Shown here: piece after piece, positions 56,228-64,000 of the stretch | Layout of the letters: the number at the start of each line of letters is the position of its first letter | How positions within the stretch are numbered: the stretch's first letter is position 1 | Virus record (IMG/VR): IMGVR_UViG_3300031519_004326 | Coordinates: 1-64,000 of that record | Direction: 5' to 3' (one strand) | Length of the DNA: 64,000 nucleotides | Origin: a virus | Lineage: Duplodnaviria; Caudoviricetes | The notes under the pieces: model-generated | Database searches by the model: none | The model's input: only the letters and a program-made list of their open reading frames with translations | Told to the model about the DNA's origin: nothing | Translations under genes and position numbers: made by a program

Positions 56228-56569
56228 ATGAAATTATTTGAACTAGATAATCAACAAGATGAAATTCCATTTGACGTAGTAGACGATCTTGCTATCTTTA
56301 TGCGCAACGATCCTATGTTTTATCGTAAGACATTCTTTCCAGCAATGGCAGATGCTAGTGATAAAATAGAAAGAGGTCAAAGTGTTGATCCTGTTATTTT
56401 TATAAAACCAGTTGTTGATAAGGCTGTTAAAAGTTATTGCAGTACTTTTATTAGAGATAGACGTTCTGATGATGTGTTTACCGAAAAAGATAAAAAGGCG
56501 TGTGTTGATAAGATTAGTGCAGAAGAAATGCCTAACATCAAAAAAGGTATGTATAAGGACAAGGTCTAA
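56228..56569 (+). CDS. probable internal head protein
   Basis: N-terminus MKLFEL. Confidence 0.65.
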   Translation: MKLFELDNQQDEIPFDVVDDLAIFMRNDPMFYRKTFFPAMADASDKIERGQSVDPVIFIKPVVDKAVKSYCSTFIRDRRSDDVFTEKDKKACVDKISAEEMPNIKKGMYKDKV

Positions 56570-57552
56570 TGTTATTAAGAGAATTATACGAAGCACAAGC
56601 AAAACGTATTGTAGCAGTTATGCCAGGTGGATTTCATCCGTTTCATCCTGGGCATAAAAGTCTTTATGATTGGGCAGTAAAAACATTTGGTCAAGGCAAT
56701 GTTTATGTTGCTGCAACTAACGACACCGCAGCTAGACCTTTTCCGTTTGATGTAAAGAAGAAACTAGCTTCAATGGCAGGTGTTCCCGAAAGCAATTTCA
56801 TACAAGTCAAGTCGCCTTTTAATGCTATGAGCTACCAAGACATTGTAGACGACAATACTGCACTTGTATTTGTACGCAGTGAAAAAGACAAAGCTGAACA
56901 TCCTAAGCCAGACCAAACTAAGAAGAATGGCGAGCCAGGATATTTAAGAACATACACAGGCAAAGATTTAAATTCATCAAACGAAATGGGCTATATGGCA
57001 TACGGTCCTACTATTAACTTTGACTTTAGTGGTATGCAAATTAAGAGTGCAAGCGAGTTACGTTCAACTTGGCCTAATATGAGTGACGAAGATAAACATA
57101 AAGCTGCTGCTCTTATGTACGGCGACGGACACGATGAAGCAGTACAGTTGCTTGATAAAGCCCTTGGCGGTTCTGATGCACCAGTTGAAGAATGGGCAAT
57201 GCCTGCACTAAAAGGTGCAAAGTATGCATTTCAAATTTCTAAATGGCTATGGAATAATAAATGGGCTATTACATTCTTTATGGGTGCTTGGAAAACTATT
57301 GACTGGGCTAGTGATGCAATTGAGTTTACTAGAAAGTATTTAGATAACCCGATTGTACGTGCTATGACAAAATATGCCTTACCAGCAGTAGGTGTTGCTA
57401 TTGCATTATACGGCGGCAAGAAACTGTATGACGAACTAATTCAAATCAAAGACGAACGTGAACTAGATAAAATGATTAGAGATTTTCAACCTGATATGGA
57501 TGAGTTAGAAACGCTTAAAGCAGAACTTCAATCAATGATTGCTGAGAAATAG
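56569..57552 (+). CDS. HIGH-motif nucleotidyltransferase-domain protein, probable head cargo
   Basis: MLLRELYEA; GGFHPFHPGH; KSASELR. Confidence 0.75.
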   Translation: MLLRELYEAQAKRIVAVMPGGFHPFHPGHKSLYDWAVKTFGQGNVYVAATNDTAARPFPFDVKKKLASMAGVPESNFIQVKSPFNAMSYQDIVDDNTALVFVRSEKDKAEHPKPDQTKKNGEPGYLRTYTGKDLNSSNEMGYMAYGPTINFDFSGMQIKSASELRSTWPNMSDEDKHKAAALMYGDGHDEAVQLLDKALGGSDAPVEEWAMPALKGAKYAFQISKWLWNNKWAITFFMGAWKTIDWASDAIEFTRKYLDNPIVRAMTKYALPAVGVAIALYGGKKLYDELIQIKDERELDKMIRDFQPDMDELETLKAELQSMIAEK

Positions 57553-57553
57553 T

Positions 57554-57778
57554 ATGGACGATTTAGAGTATATTAAAAAACTAGCAGGTGTAAACGAATA
57601 CAAAGGTTACACTGAATATACTCTAGAAAATATCAGTGACGCTGCTAATGCAAATGCTAAGAAGATGCGTAAAGATAATATTAAGCCTGGCGACAAAGAA
57701 TGGTTTGAACTTTGGTTTAGTCAACCTAAAATGATGAATCAAAATATGCCACGTGGATTTAGAGGACGAACAAAATGA
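57554..57778 (+). CDS. probable internal head protein
   Basis: IKKLAGVNE motif; ATG 57554 preferred. Confidence 0.65.
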   Translation: MDDLEYIKKLAGVNEYKGYTEYTLENISDAANANAKKMRKDNIKPGDKEWFELWFSQPKMMNQNMPRGFRGRTK

Positions 57779-59340
57779 GATTGCGTGACATATTTGAGGA
57801 TGGAAGAATTGTAAAAGGCGTTAACACTACTCCAGATGTTGATGTAAATTCTATTTCTAAAGAAGCAGCAAAGTTTGGATTTAAGGTAGACAAAGACGGA
57901 CGTCCGCAAAATCATCCTAGTAATGTAAAAGGCAGCAAAACAAATGTGTTGTTTAACTTAGGTATGGTAACAGAGTCAAAAGACTTTGCAGAAGCACTTG
58001 GTGAAATTGCAAGTGCTACAGAAATTTATGTTGATATGGACGGTGTGCTTGCAGACTTCTTTGGTGACTGGGCTAAACTAATGGGTGTGGATAGTTTCCG
58101 TGATATTAAAGATGTAAATGCAGCCTTAGAAAAAATTAAAGATACAAATGATTTTTGGTTAAACTTGCCTGTAACAGACAATGCAAAACCGTTACTAGAA
58201 TTAATTAAAAAAGTAAAAGGCGAATATAGCATTTGTAGTTCACCATTACCGGGTGATAAAAATAGCGAGCCACACAAGCGCGAATGGATTAAAAAGCATC
58301 TAGCGTTTTTTCCACCTAAAGAAATTATTATTACACACGACAAAGCAAAGTATGCAACACAGCCAGACGGTACATCTAACATACTAATTGACGACTATGG
58401 TGTAAACATTAACAAATGGGAAGCTGCTGGCGGTATAGGATTTAAACACAAAGATCATAAGTTTGAGCGTACTGCTAAAAATATTAAGCAACATATGGAT
58501 GCCGATGTAGAAGAAGGCAGTTTAATACCAAATCCTGCAAATACATTTATTGCAAAAGCAGATACAGCATATGATCATTATAAGTTAGGTACTAATATAG
58601 CCAACTTAAAAAGCGTCAAGAAGGGTGGTAACTATGACGAGCCTGATGTAGTTATTGCTCCTTATGCCGGTAAGAAAGAAATGAAATACTTGCAAAAGCA
58701 ACTTACACGTATTGGGTACGATGTACAAGATGCCGACGGCTATCAAGACGCACATTATGACGATGAGCCAACAGGCGGAGAAGCACCTCCACAAATGAAG
58801 GGGCAAGGTCCACTAGGTAAAGTTAAAGTAAGTAAACTTAAAGGTGTTCAAAAAGAAAGATCATACGAAAAGTTAGCAAAGCAACTTGAGCGTGTACTAG
58901 AAGACGACTATGCTCCATTACAGATTGATCGCAAAGGTAGAGTAGTTAACGGACATCATAGACTTGACGCATTGCGTTTAGTAGGTGAAGAATATGCTCG
59001 TGTACATATGATTGATGACGTAGTAGAAAACGTAAAAGAAACATATGCTGATGATCAAAGAGAGAAAACAAAACGTACACTTGCTAAACACGAAAAAGCA
59101 ATGATTCAAAAAGCTCGTGATTCTATTAAGAAGTACGAGAAAGATAAAGAAGATAAAGAAACTAATGAAAACTTTGCAGACGGTAAGAAAAAAGGTAAAA
59201 GCAAACCAGGCAGAGTAAAGAAGTCTGGTGCTAGTTGTAATGGTAGCGTAACTGAACTACGTAAAAAAGCAAAGAACGCAAGCGGTGAACGTGCTAAAAT
59301 GTATCATTGGTGTGCAAATATGAAGGGTGGTAAAAAATGA
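57775..59340 (+). CDS. modular protein: HAD 5'(3')-deoxyribonucleotidase-like + ParB/Srx-like + basic tail
   Basis: MRLRDIFE; YVDMDGVLADF and LIDDY; VVNGHHRLDAL; ENFADGKKK...HWCANMKGGK. Confidence 0.75.
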   Translation: MRLRDIFEDGRIVKGVNTTPDVDVNSISKEAAKFGFKVDKDGRPQNHPSNVKGSKTNVLFNLGMVTESKDFAEALGEIASATEIYVDMDGVLADFFGDWAKLMGVDSFRDIKDVNAALEKIKDTNDFWLNLPVTDNAKPLLELIKKVKGEYSICSSPLPGDKNSEPHKREWIKKHLAFFPPKEIIITHDKAKYATQPDGTSNILIDDYGVNINKWEAAGGIGFKHKDHKFERTAKNIKQHMDADVEEGSLIPNPANTFIAKADTAYDHYKLGTNIANLKSVKKGGNYDEPDVVIAPYAGKKEMKYLQKQLTRIGYDVQDADGYQDAHYDDEPTGGEAPPQMKGQGPLGKVKVSKLKGVQKERSYEKLAKQLERVLEDDYAPLQIDRKGRVVNGHHRLDALRLVGEEYARVHMIDDVVENVKETYADDQREKTKRTLAKHEKAMIQKARDSIKKYEKDKEDKETNENFADGKKKGKSKPGRVKKSGASCNGSVTELRKKAKNASGERAKMYHWCANMKGGKK

Positions 59341-59678
59341 AAATGTTAGATTTAATCAACGAAGCTGAAACTGATAAAGATAAGAATAAGCGTCATCGTA
59401 TGGATTTAGACGACCTTGAAAGAGAAATTCGTAAATCAAAAGATGGTATGGACAAAGATACACAAGCTCACATTGATAAAAAACGCAAAGGGCTTGCAGC
59501 GAATAAAGCAAAGATGGACGAAACTACAAGTGCGGGAGATGTTGGAGCAGTTGCTGCTCCAGTAGGCGGAATGGTTAGTCGTCAAATGAAAAACAAAGAC
59601 GGTACTGTAAAGAACGCTCTTGATATTGATACAAATATCCTAGGACAGAAAAAGAAGAAGAAGACTGGGAAGCGATAA
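59337..59678 (+). CDS. probable internal head protein
   Basis: MKMLDLINEA; MDET. Confidence 0.65.
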   Translation: MKMLDLINEAETDKDKNKRHRMDLDDLEREIRKSKDGMDKDTQAHIDKKRKGLAANKAKMDETTSAGDVGAVAAPVGGMVSRQMKNKDGTVKNALDIDTNILGQKKKKKTGKR

Positions 59679-59685
59679 ATACATT

Positions 59686-60729
59686 ATGCGTAGAAAAGAT
59701 ATATTAGAAGGTCCACTTAAAAACTTCCAGCAAGATATTGCTAAAGGATTCAATGCCACACAAAAAGGCGGCATTCTTGCTCCTGACAGTGTAGAACAGG
59801 GTATTAAGAAGTTTTTTACTAAGGTAGATAAGCCTGACACAGATAAAGATAAAGAAGCTGCTAAAGGCGGTGCTGGTACAAAAGACAGTGTTACTAAAGC
59901 AGATGCAAAAAAAGTAAAAGGCGACGGCGAAGGCATACTTAATCAAATGGCTGCTAAAAGAAAATATAGTAAAGAACTAGCAGGTTATAAAAATTCAAAA
60001 GCAGATCGCACTCCTCCACAGGATGCTAGACTTATTGGAAACGACGGTAAATTATATCACTGGAGCGGAAATAAATGGTTAGTAAGAAATGATACTAACG
60101 GACGTTATGAAGTAACAAAGGACCAAGAGTCAATAAAAGCAAGTTGGATAGATGCCGCTGCAAAAGGTAAAACAACATACATTAAGGAAGAAGCAATGAG
60201 CAAAGCAATTAAAGAAGGATTAGCCGATTTAGCCGATATGGCTGAAAGAGACCACGAAGTGCAAATGGCACGTGCCGATCTTTATAAGATTGCAAAATAT
60301 GCTATTAAACTACACGATATGATGAAAAATGTTAGTGAAGCTGAAGGACTTGAAGGATGGCAGCAAGCTAAAATTACTAAAGCAGCAGACTATATCGGAA
60401 GTGTATATCACAACCTAGAATACGATTTAAAATTTGCAGACGGAGGCGAAATGCCTGCTGATGCACTAGCAGGTATTTCAGAATCAAAGAAAGACACACA
60501 TTGCTCAGATAAGTGCTGTGGTGCAGAAGTAAAAAGAGAAGATTGCAAATGTCCTCCAGACTGTGAACATTGTAACTGTAACGATCCTAAGGTTGCAGAA
60601 GGTAAAAGCCCACACGCAAAAGGTACTAAGAAGTACAAAAAGCATATGGCAGCAATACACGCCGAGGGTGTTCAAGATACGTATAAACTAAAAATTGCTG
60701 AGCAATTGAATAAAAAATTAGGCAAGTAA
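59686..60729 (+). CDS. modular probable internal head protein
   Basis: MRRKDILEG; DHEVQMARADL...LEGWQQAKITKAADY; Cys-rich segment; IKEE, IKEG, VSEA, ISES, VAEG. Confidence 0.7.
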   Translation: MRRKDILEGPLKNFQQDIAKGFNATQKGGILAPDSVEQGIKKFFTKVDKPDTDKDKEAAKGGAGTKDSVTKADAKKVKGDGEGILNQMAAKRKYSKELAGYKNSKADRTPPQDARLIGNDGKLYHWSGNKWLVRNDTNGRYEVTKDQESIKASWIDAAAKGKTTYIKEEAMSKAIKEGLADLADMAERDHEVQMARADLYKIAKYAIKLHDMMKNVSEAEGLEGWQQAKITKAADYIGSVYHNLEYDLKFADGGEMPADALAGISESKKDTHCSDKCCGAEVKREDCKCPPDCEHCNCNDPKVAEGKSPHAKGTKKYKKHMAAIHAEGVQDTYKLKIAEQLNKKLGK

Positions 60730-60730
60730 T

Positions 60731-61360
60731 ATGGACTTTCACGATTTACAAAAGAAACTCTTTGATATAGAACCAACTGATATTGCTGCTGATAAAGCAA
60801 GGATGATGGCAGAACTTCAGGGCGGTGCAAATGTTCCTGCTCCTGCTCCGTCAATTCCCGAACAAGTAACTGAAAGTTATACTGTTAATGAAGGTTCATT
60901 ACAAATGGACAAAGACTATTCTGTAAATGAGTTTGCTGCACTAGCAGGTATAAAATTAACTGAAGCACCAATTGCTCCAGCAGTAGCGCCGGATGCAAAT
61001 AAAGTAGGAATGGGCGCAAAACAAGTTGGTAATAAACTAGGTGCTAAAGGTGGCGCAGGTATGATGTCTAAAGCATTGGGCAAAGTTGCACAAGGTGGTG
61101 CATTACCAGCAAATCTTTCTAAACAAATTGCTCCTTTTGCTGCACAACTAGAAGTAATCTTAGGTGATCCAGGATTACGTAATAAGTTTATGGCTATTGT
61201 TAAAGCAGCCGAAGCAGTTAGTAAGAAAAATGCAGCAGCAGCGCCAGCACAACCTGTAGAAAGAACATTTACTAGAGACAAGATACAAAAAGAGTCATTT
61301 GTCAAAGATGAGCTCTACCGTAGACTAGCAGAGTACGAATTTAAATCTGCAAAAAAGTAA
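60731..61360 (+). CDS. probable internal head protein
   Basis: VTES, VNEG, LAGIKLTEA, QKES sites. Confidence 0.65.
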   Translation: MDFHDLQKKLFDIEPTDIAADKARMMAELQGGANVPAPAPSIPEQVTESYTVNEGSLQMDKDYSVNEFAALAGIKLTEAPIAPAVAPDANKVGMGAKQVGNKLGAKGGAGMMSKALGKVAQGGALPANLSKQIAPFAAQLEVILGDPGLRNKFMAIVKAAEAVSKKNAAAAPAQPVERTFTRDKIQKESFVKDELYRRLAEYEFKSAKK

Positions 61361-61370
61361 CCATTTCAGG

Positions 61371-61399
61371 TTGACTTTTCCCTAAACATCCGCTATAAT
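61371..61399 (+). promoter_or_regulatory. sigma70-type promoter
   Basis: TTGACT-17 nt-TATAAT. Confidence 0.85.
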
Positions 61400-61428
61400 A
61401 TAAGTTAAACTAACACAGGAGTTTAATA

Positions 61429-61689
61429 ATGAGTGATCGTACCTACGGCGCAGAAGAAAAAGCAAAACTTGGAAGACTAGTTAGCGAAGGCGTAACAGTA
61501 TTACAAGAAGTTGAAGATTTAAATATGGGGTTAAAAGAAACAGTTAAGGCTGTTGCAGAAGAACTTGATATCAAACCAAGTCTAATTAACAAAGCAATTA
61601 AAATTGCAAAGAACCGAGATTGGGATAATCACGTAGATGCATACGATGATCTCGAAACACTTATAGCCACGTTAGGTTATGATAAGTGA
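61429..61689 (+). CDS. dsDNA-binding protein, T4 DsbA/GapR-like
   Basis: LKETVKAVAEELDIKPSLINKAIKIA; size and position before DNA polymerase. Confidence 0.6.
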   Translation: MSDRTYGAEEKAKLGRLVSEGVTVLQEVEDLNMGLKETVKAVAEELDIKPSLINKAIKIAKNRDWDNHVDAYDDLETLIATLGYDK

Positions 61690-61964
61690 TTGCAAAAACA
61701 ATACAGTTTTTTAAAGATAGTAAAGAATCTAGCCCATTAGCATTTTATTGCGAAATGGTAGAAGCGTTGTTTTTAATTACAGCAAGCGCAATACTTAGCT
61801 TTACTATTCTTGATCCGGCTACAAAACTATTTGTGCCTATGTACCTTATTGGTAGTGTACTAGGTATTATAAGTGCTGTAATTAGACAAGCAGCATTTGT
61901 AATAGTGCTGTGTAGCTGGTTTACTGCTATGAATTTATTTGCCTTGGTGCAATTATTTTTATAA
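61686..61964 (+). CDS. multi-pass membrane protein
   Basis: Three hydrophobic segments, GTG start. Confidence 0.7.
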   Translation: MIAKTIQFFKDSKESSPLAFYCEMVEALFLITASAILSFTILDPATKLFVPMYLIGSVLGIISAVIRQAAFVIVLCSWFTAMNLFALVQLFL

Positions 61965-61967
61965 ATA
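61960..61967 (+). promoter_or_regulatory. perfect T4 late promoter box ahead of DNA polymerase
   Basis: TATAAATA. Confidence 0.7.
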
Positions 61968-62038
61968 GATTTACGCCAATAGCAAATAGCTAGGCAAGTT
62001 AACGGTTAAGTTGGCCATAAGCAACGAAGGAGAAATGA

Positions 62039-64000
62039 ATGCCATACGTAGATGCGATGTTTGATCGCGATCAGGATATTATTCGTGCCGTTGAACGCAA
62101 GGACGGAAAACGACACTTCCACGAATATCAAGCAAAATATACATTTTATTATAAAGACCCTAAGGGCAAATACAAAAGCGTTTATGGTGATCCTTTAAGT
62201 CGTATTGTGTGCAAAAACACAAAAGACTTCCGCAAAGAAGTTGCTATTAACAGAGACAAAATACTGTTTGAAAGCGACATTAATCCTATCTTCCAATGTT
62301 TAAGTGAAAACTATCTTAACCAAGACGCACCTAAATTGAACATTGCGTTCTTCGATATTGAGACTGATTTTGATCCAGAGAGAGGCTTTGCTGATCCTAG
62401 TGATCCGTTTATGCCTATTACAAGTATCTCTGTATATCTACAGTGGTTAGACACTATGGTGTGTATTGCTGTACCTCCAAAGACACTTACTATGGAGCAA
62501 GCACGTAAAGAAGTCGAAGGCATAGACAATGTAATGCTAGTTGAAAAAGAAAGTGAAATGATTGATACTTTCTTAACGTTAATTGAAGACAGTGACGTAC
62601 TAAGTGGTTGGAACAGTGAAGGTTATGATATTCCGTATACTGTAAACAGAACTGCTAGAGTACTAAGCAAAGATGACACACGTAGATTCTGCTTATGGGG
62701 ACAACTTCCTAAGAAGCGTATGTACGAAAAGTTTGGCAAGGAAAGTCAAACATTTGATCTAGTAGGGCGTGTACACTTAGACAGTCTTAATTTATATCGC
62801 AAATACACATATGAAGAACGCCATAGTTATCGTCTAGATGCTATTGGTGAGATTGAAGTAGGTGAGAACAAAGTTGCGTACGAAGGTACGCTAGATCAGT
62901 TATACAATCAAGACTTCCGTAAGTTTATTGAATATAACATTCAAGATACTGCATTGCTTGACAAACTAGACAAGAAGCTACGATTTATTGACTTGTCTAA
63001 TACTATTGCACACGAGAACACTGTTCTTATTCAAACTACAATGGGTGCTGTTGCTGTTACGGAGCAAGGTATTATTAACGAAGCACATCATAGAGGCTTA
63101 CAAGTTCCTAATCGCAAACAGCGTGATGAGGAAAACACACAAGCAGCCGGTGCATATGTTGCGTTTCCTAAGAAAGGTTTGCACAAATGGATTGCTTCAA
63201 TGGATTTGAACTCACTGTATCCTTCAGTGATTCGTGCATTAAATATGGCTCCGGAAACTGTAATAGGACAAATACGTCCTGTGATTAGTGATGCTCGTGT
63301 ACACGAAGATATGACTTTAAAGAAAAAGAGCTTTGCTGGTAGTTGGGAAGGACGTTTTAGTACAGAAGAATACGAAGCAGTTATGGAGCAAAAACGTGAC
63401 GTTGCATTAAGTATTGATTGGGAAGACGGGCGTAGTGACGTTCTAAGTGGTGCTGAAATTTATCAGCTAGTGTTTGATAGTAATATGCCTTGGATGCTTA
63501 GTGCAAACGGTACAATCTTTACAACAGAGTTTGAAGGTGTTATTCCAGGTATCTTAAAGCGTTGGTATGCTGAACGTAAAGAATTACAGAAAAAACTAAA
63601 GAAAGCAAAAGACGCAGGCAATGCTGTAGAGATTGAGTATTGGGACAAGCGACAGCTAGTTAAGAAGATTTTGCTTAACAGTTTGTATGGTGCTATTCTT
63701 AATCCAGGTTGTAGATTCTTTGACAAACGTATTGGACAGAGTACAACACTTACTGGACGTACTATTGTTAAACATATGAGTGCAGAAGTTAACAACGTTA
63801 TTACAGGCACATATGATCACGTAGGTAAGTCAATGATCTACGGCGACACTGACTCTTGTTATTTTAGTGCTTGGCCAATACTTAAAGATGATGTTAACAG
63901 CGGAAAGCTGGAATGGTCAAAAGAAAAGTGCATTACACTTATGGATCAAGTGTGTGAACAAGCAAATACAACTTTTCCAGACTTTATGATGAAGGCATTT
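62039..64000 (+). CDS. polB: family B DNA polymerase, runs off window
   Basis: MPYVDAMFDR start after AAGGAG; FFDIETD (ExoI), GWNSEGYDIPY, SMDLNSLYPS (A), KKILLNSLYG (B), YGDTDS (C); missing from ORF track because no stop in window. Confidence 0.97.
   Translation, partial: MPYVDAMFDRDQDIIRAVERKDGKRHFHEYQAKYTFYYKDPKGKYKSVYGDPLSRIVCKNTKDFRKEVAINRDKILFESDINPIFQCLSENYLNQDAPKLNIAFFDIETDFDPERGFADPSDPFMPITSISVYLQWLDTMVCIAVPPKTLTMEQARKEVEGIDNVMLVEKESEMIDTFLTLIEDSDVLSGWNSEGYDIPYTVNRTARVLSKDDTRRFCLWGQLPKKRMYEKFGKESQTFDLVGRVHLDSLNLYRKYTYEERHSYRLDAIGEIEVGENKVAYEGTLDQLYNQDFRKFIEYNIQDTALLDKLDKKLRFIDLSNTIAHENTVLIQTTMGAVAVTEQGIINEAHHRGLQVPNRKQRDEENTQAAGAYVAFPKKGLHKWIASMDLNSLYPSVIRALNMAPETVIGQIRPVISDARVHEDMTLKKKSFAGSWEGRFSTEEYEAVMEQKRDVALSIDWEDGRSDVLSGAEIYQLVFDSNMPWMLSANGTIFTTEFEGVIPGILKRWYAERKELQKKLKKAKDAGNAVEIEYWDKRQLVKKILLNSLYGAILNPGCRFFDKRIGQSTTLTGRTIVKHMSAEVNNVITGTYDHVGKSMIYGDTDSCYFSAWPILKDDVNSGKLEWSKEKCITLMDQVCEQANTTFPDFMMKAF

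Noticed and set aside
335-63810. Numerous minus-strand and nested ORFs of 60-230 aa (e.g. 29894..30508, 33376..33981, 52521..53210)
   Set aside because: Shadow frames antisense to recognisable genes; only 18307, 18990 and phoH have minus-strand promoter/RBS support.
62039-64000. Intein or intron in polB (also checked ligase, topoisomerase, thyA, clpP)
   Set aside because: Conserved motifs are contiguous at normal spacing; no splice-junction or homing-endonuclease signature seen.
1-64000. Prophage or bacterial chromosome origin of the host-like genes (clpA/P, isc, dnaJ, def, fda)
   Set aside because: They are interleaved with virion, lysis and T4-like replication genes, share the same codon style and CATG gap, and several sit under phage late boxes; no integrase, att site or IS seen.

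Overview
A 64-kb, gene-dense, AT-rich segment of a jumbo T4-like tailed dsDNA phage, probably aquatic and infecting a Gram-negative host (two-component spanins; host identity is inference). Standard genetic code, almost entirely + strand. Contents in order: clpP; 13 tRNA genes with cspA; ATP-dependent DNA ligase; two-subunit type II topoisomerase; queD, a glycosyltransferase, fpr and uvsE; a 3897-aa virion fibre/baseplate protein and further virion genes; a truncated DnaE-like gene; groES; exonuclease; class I aldolase; clamp loader; ferredoxin; DHFR, thyA and dCMP deaminase; sufS; phoH; a GH19 endolysin-spanin cassette; 2x iscU and 2x iscA; dnaJ-def-clpA; a cluster of probable head-packaged proteins; a dsbA-like gene; and the 5' part of a family-B DNA polymerase. 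Two promoter classes are visible: consensus sigma70 (TTGACA-17-TATAAT/TATACT) and T4-type late boxes (ATAAATA). Strongest hunt results: (1) a leader-peptide attenuator whose Tyr-Trp-Cys-Pro-Pro codon run matches the Trp/Tyr/Pro/Ser/Cys tRNA operon it precedes, i.e. a possible sensor of tRNA depletion; (2) a cluster of modular capsid-cargo proteins with Glu-type maturation sites and enzyme modules; (3) a near-complete phage Fe-S assembly kit; (4) apparent total absence of CATG; (5) a tRNA-Ser with the rare ACT anticodon; (6) a riboswitch-like leader on queD. All family calls come from motif recognition by eye; no database search or folding program was run.
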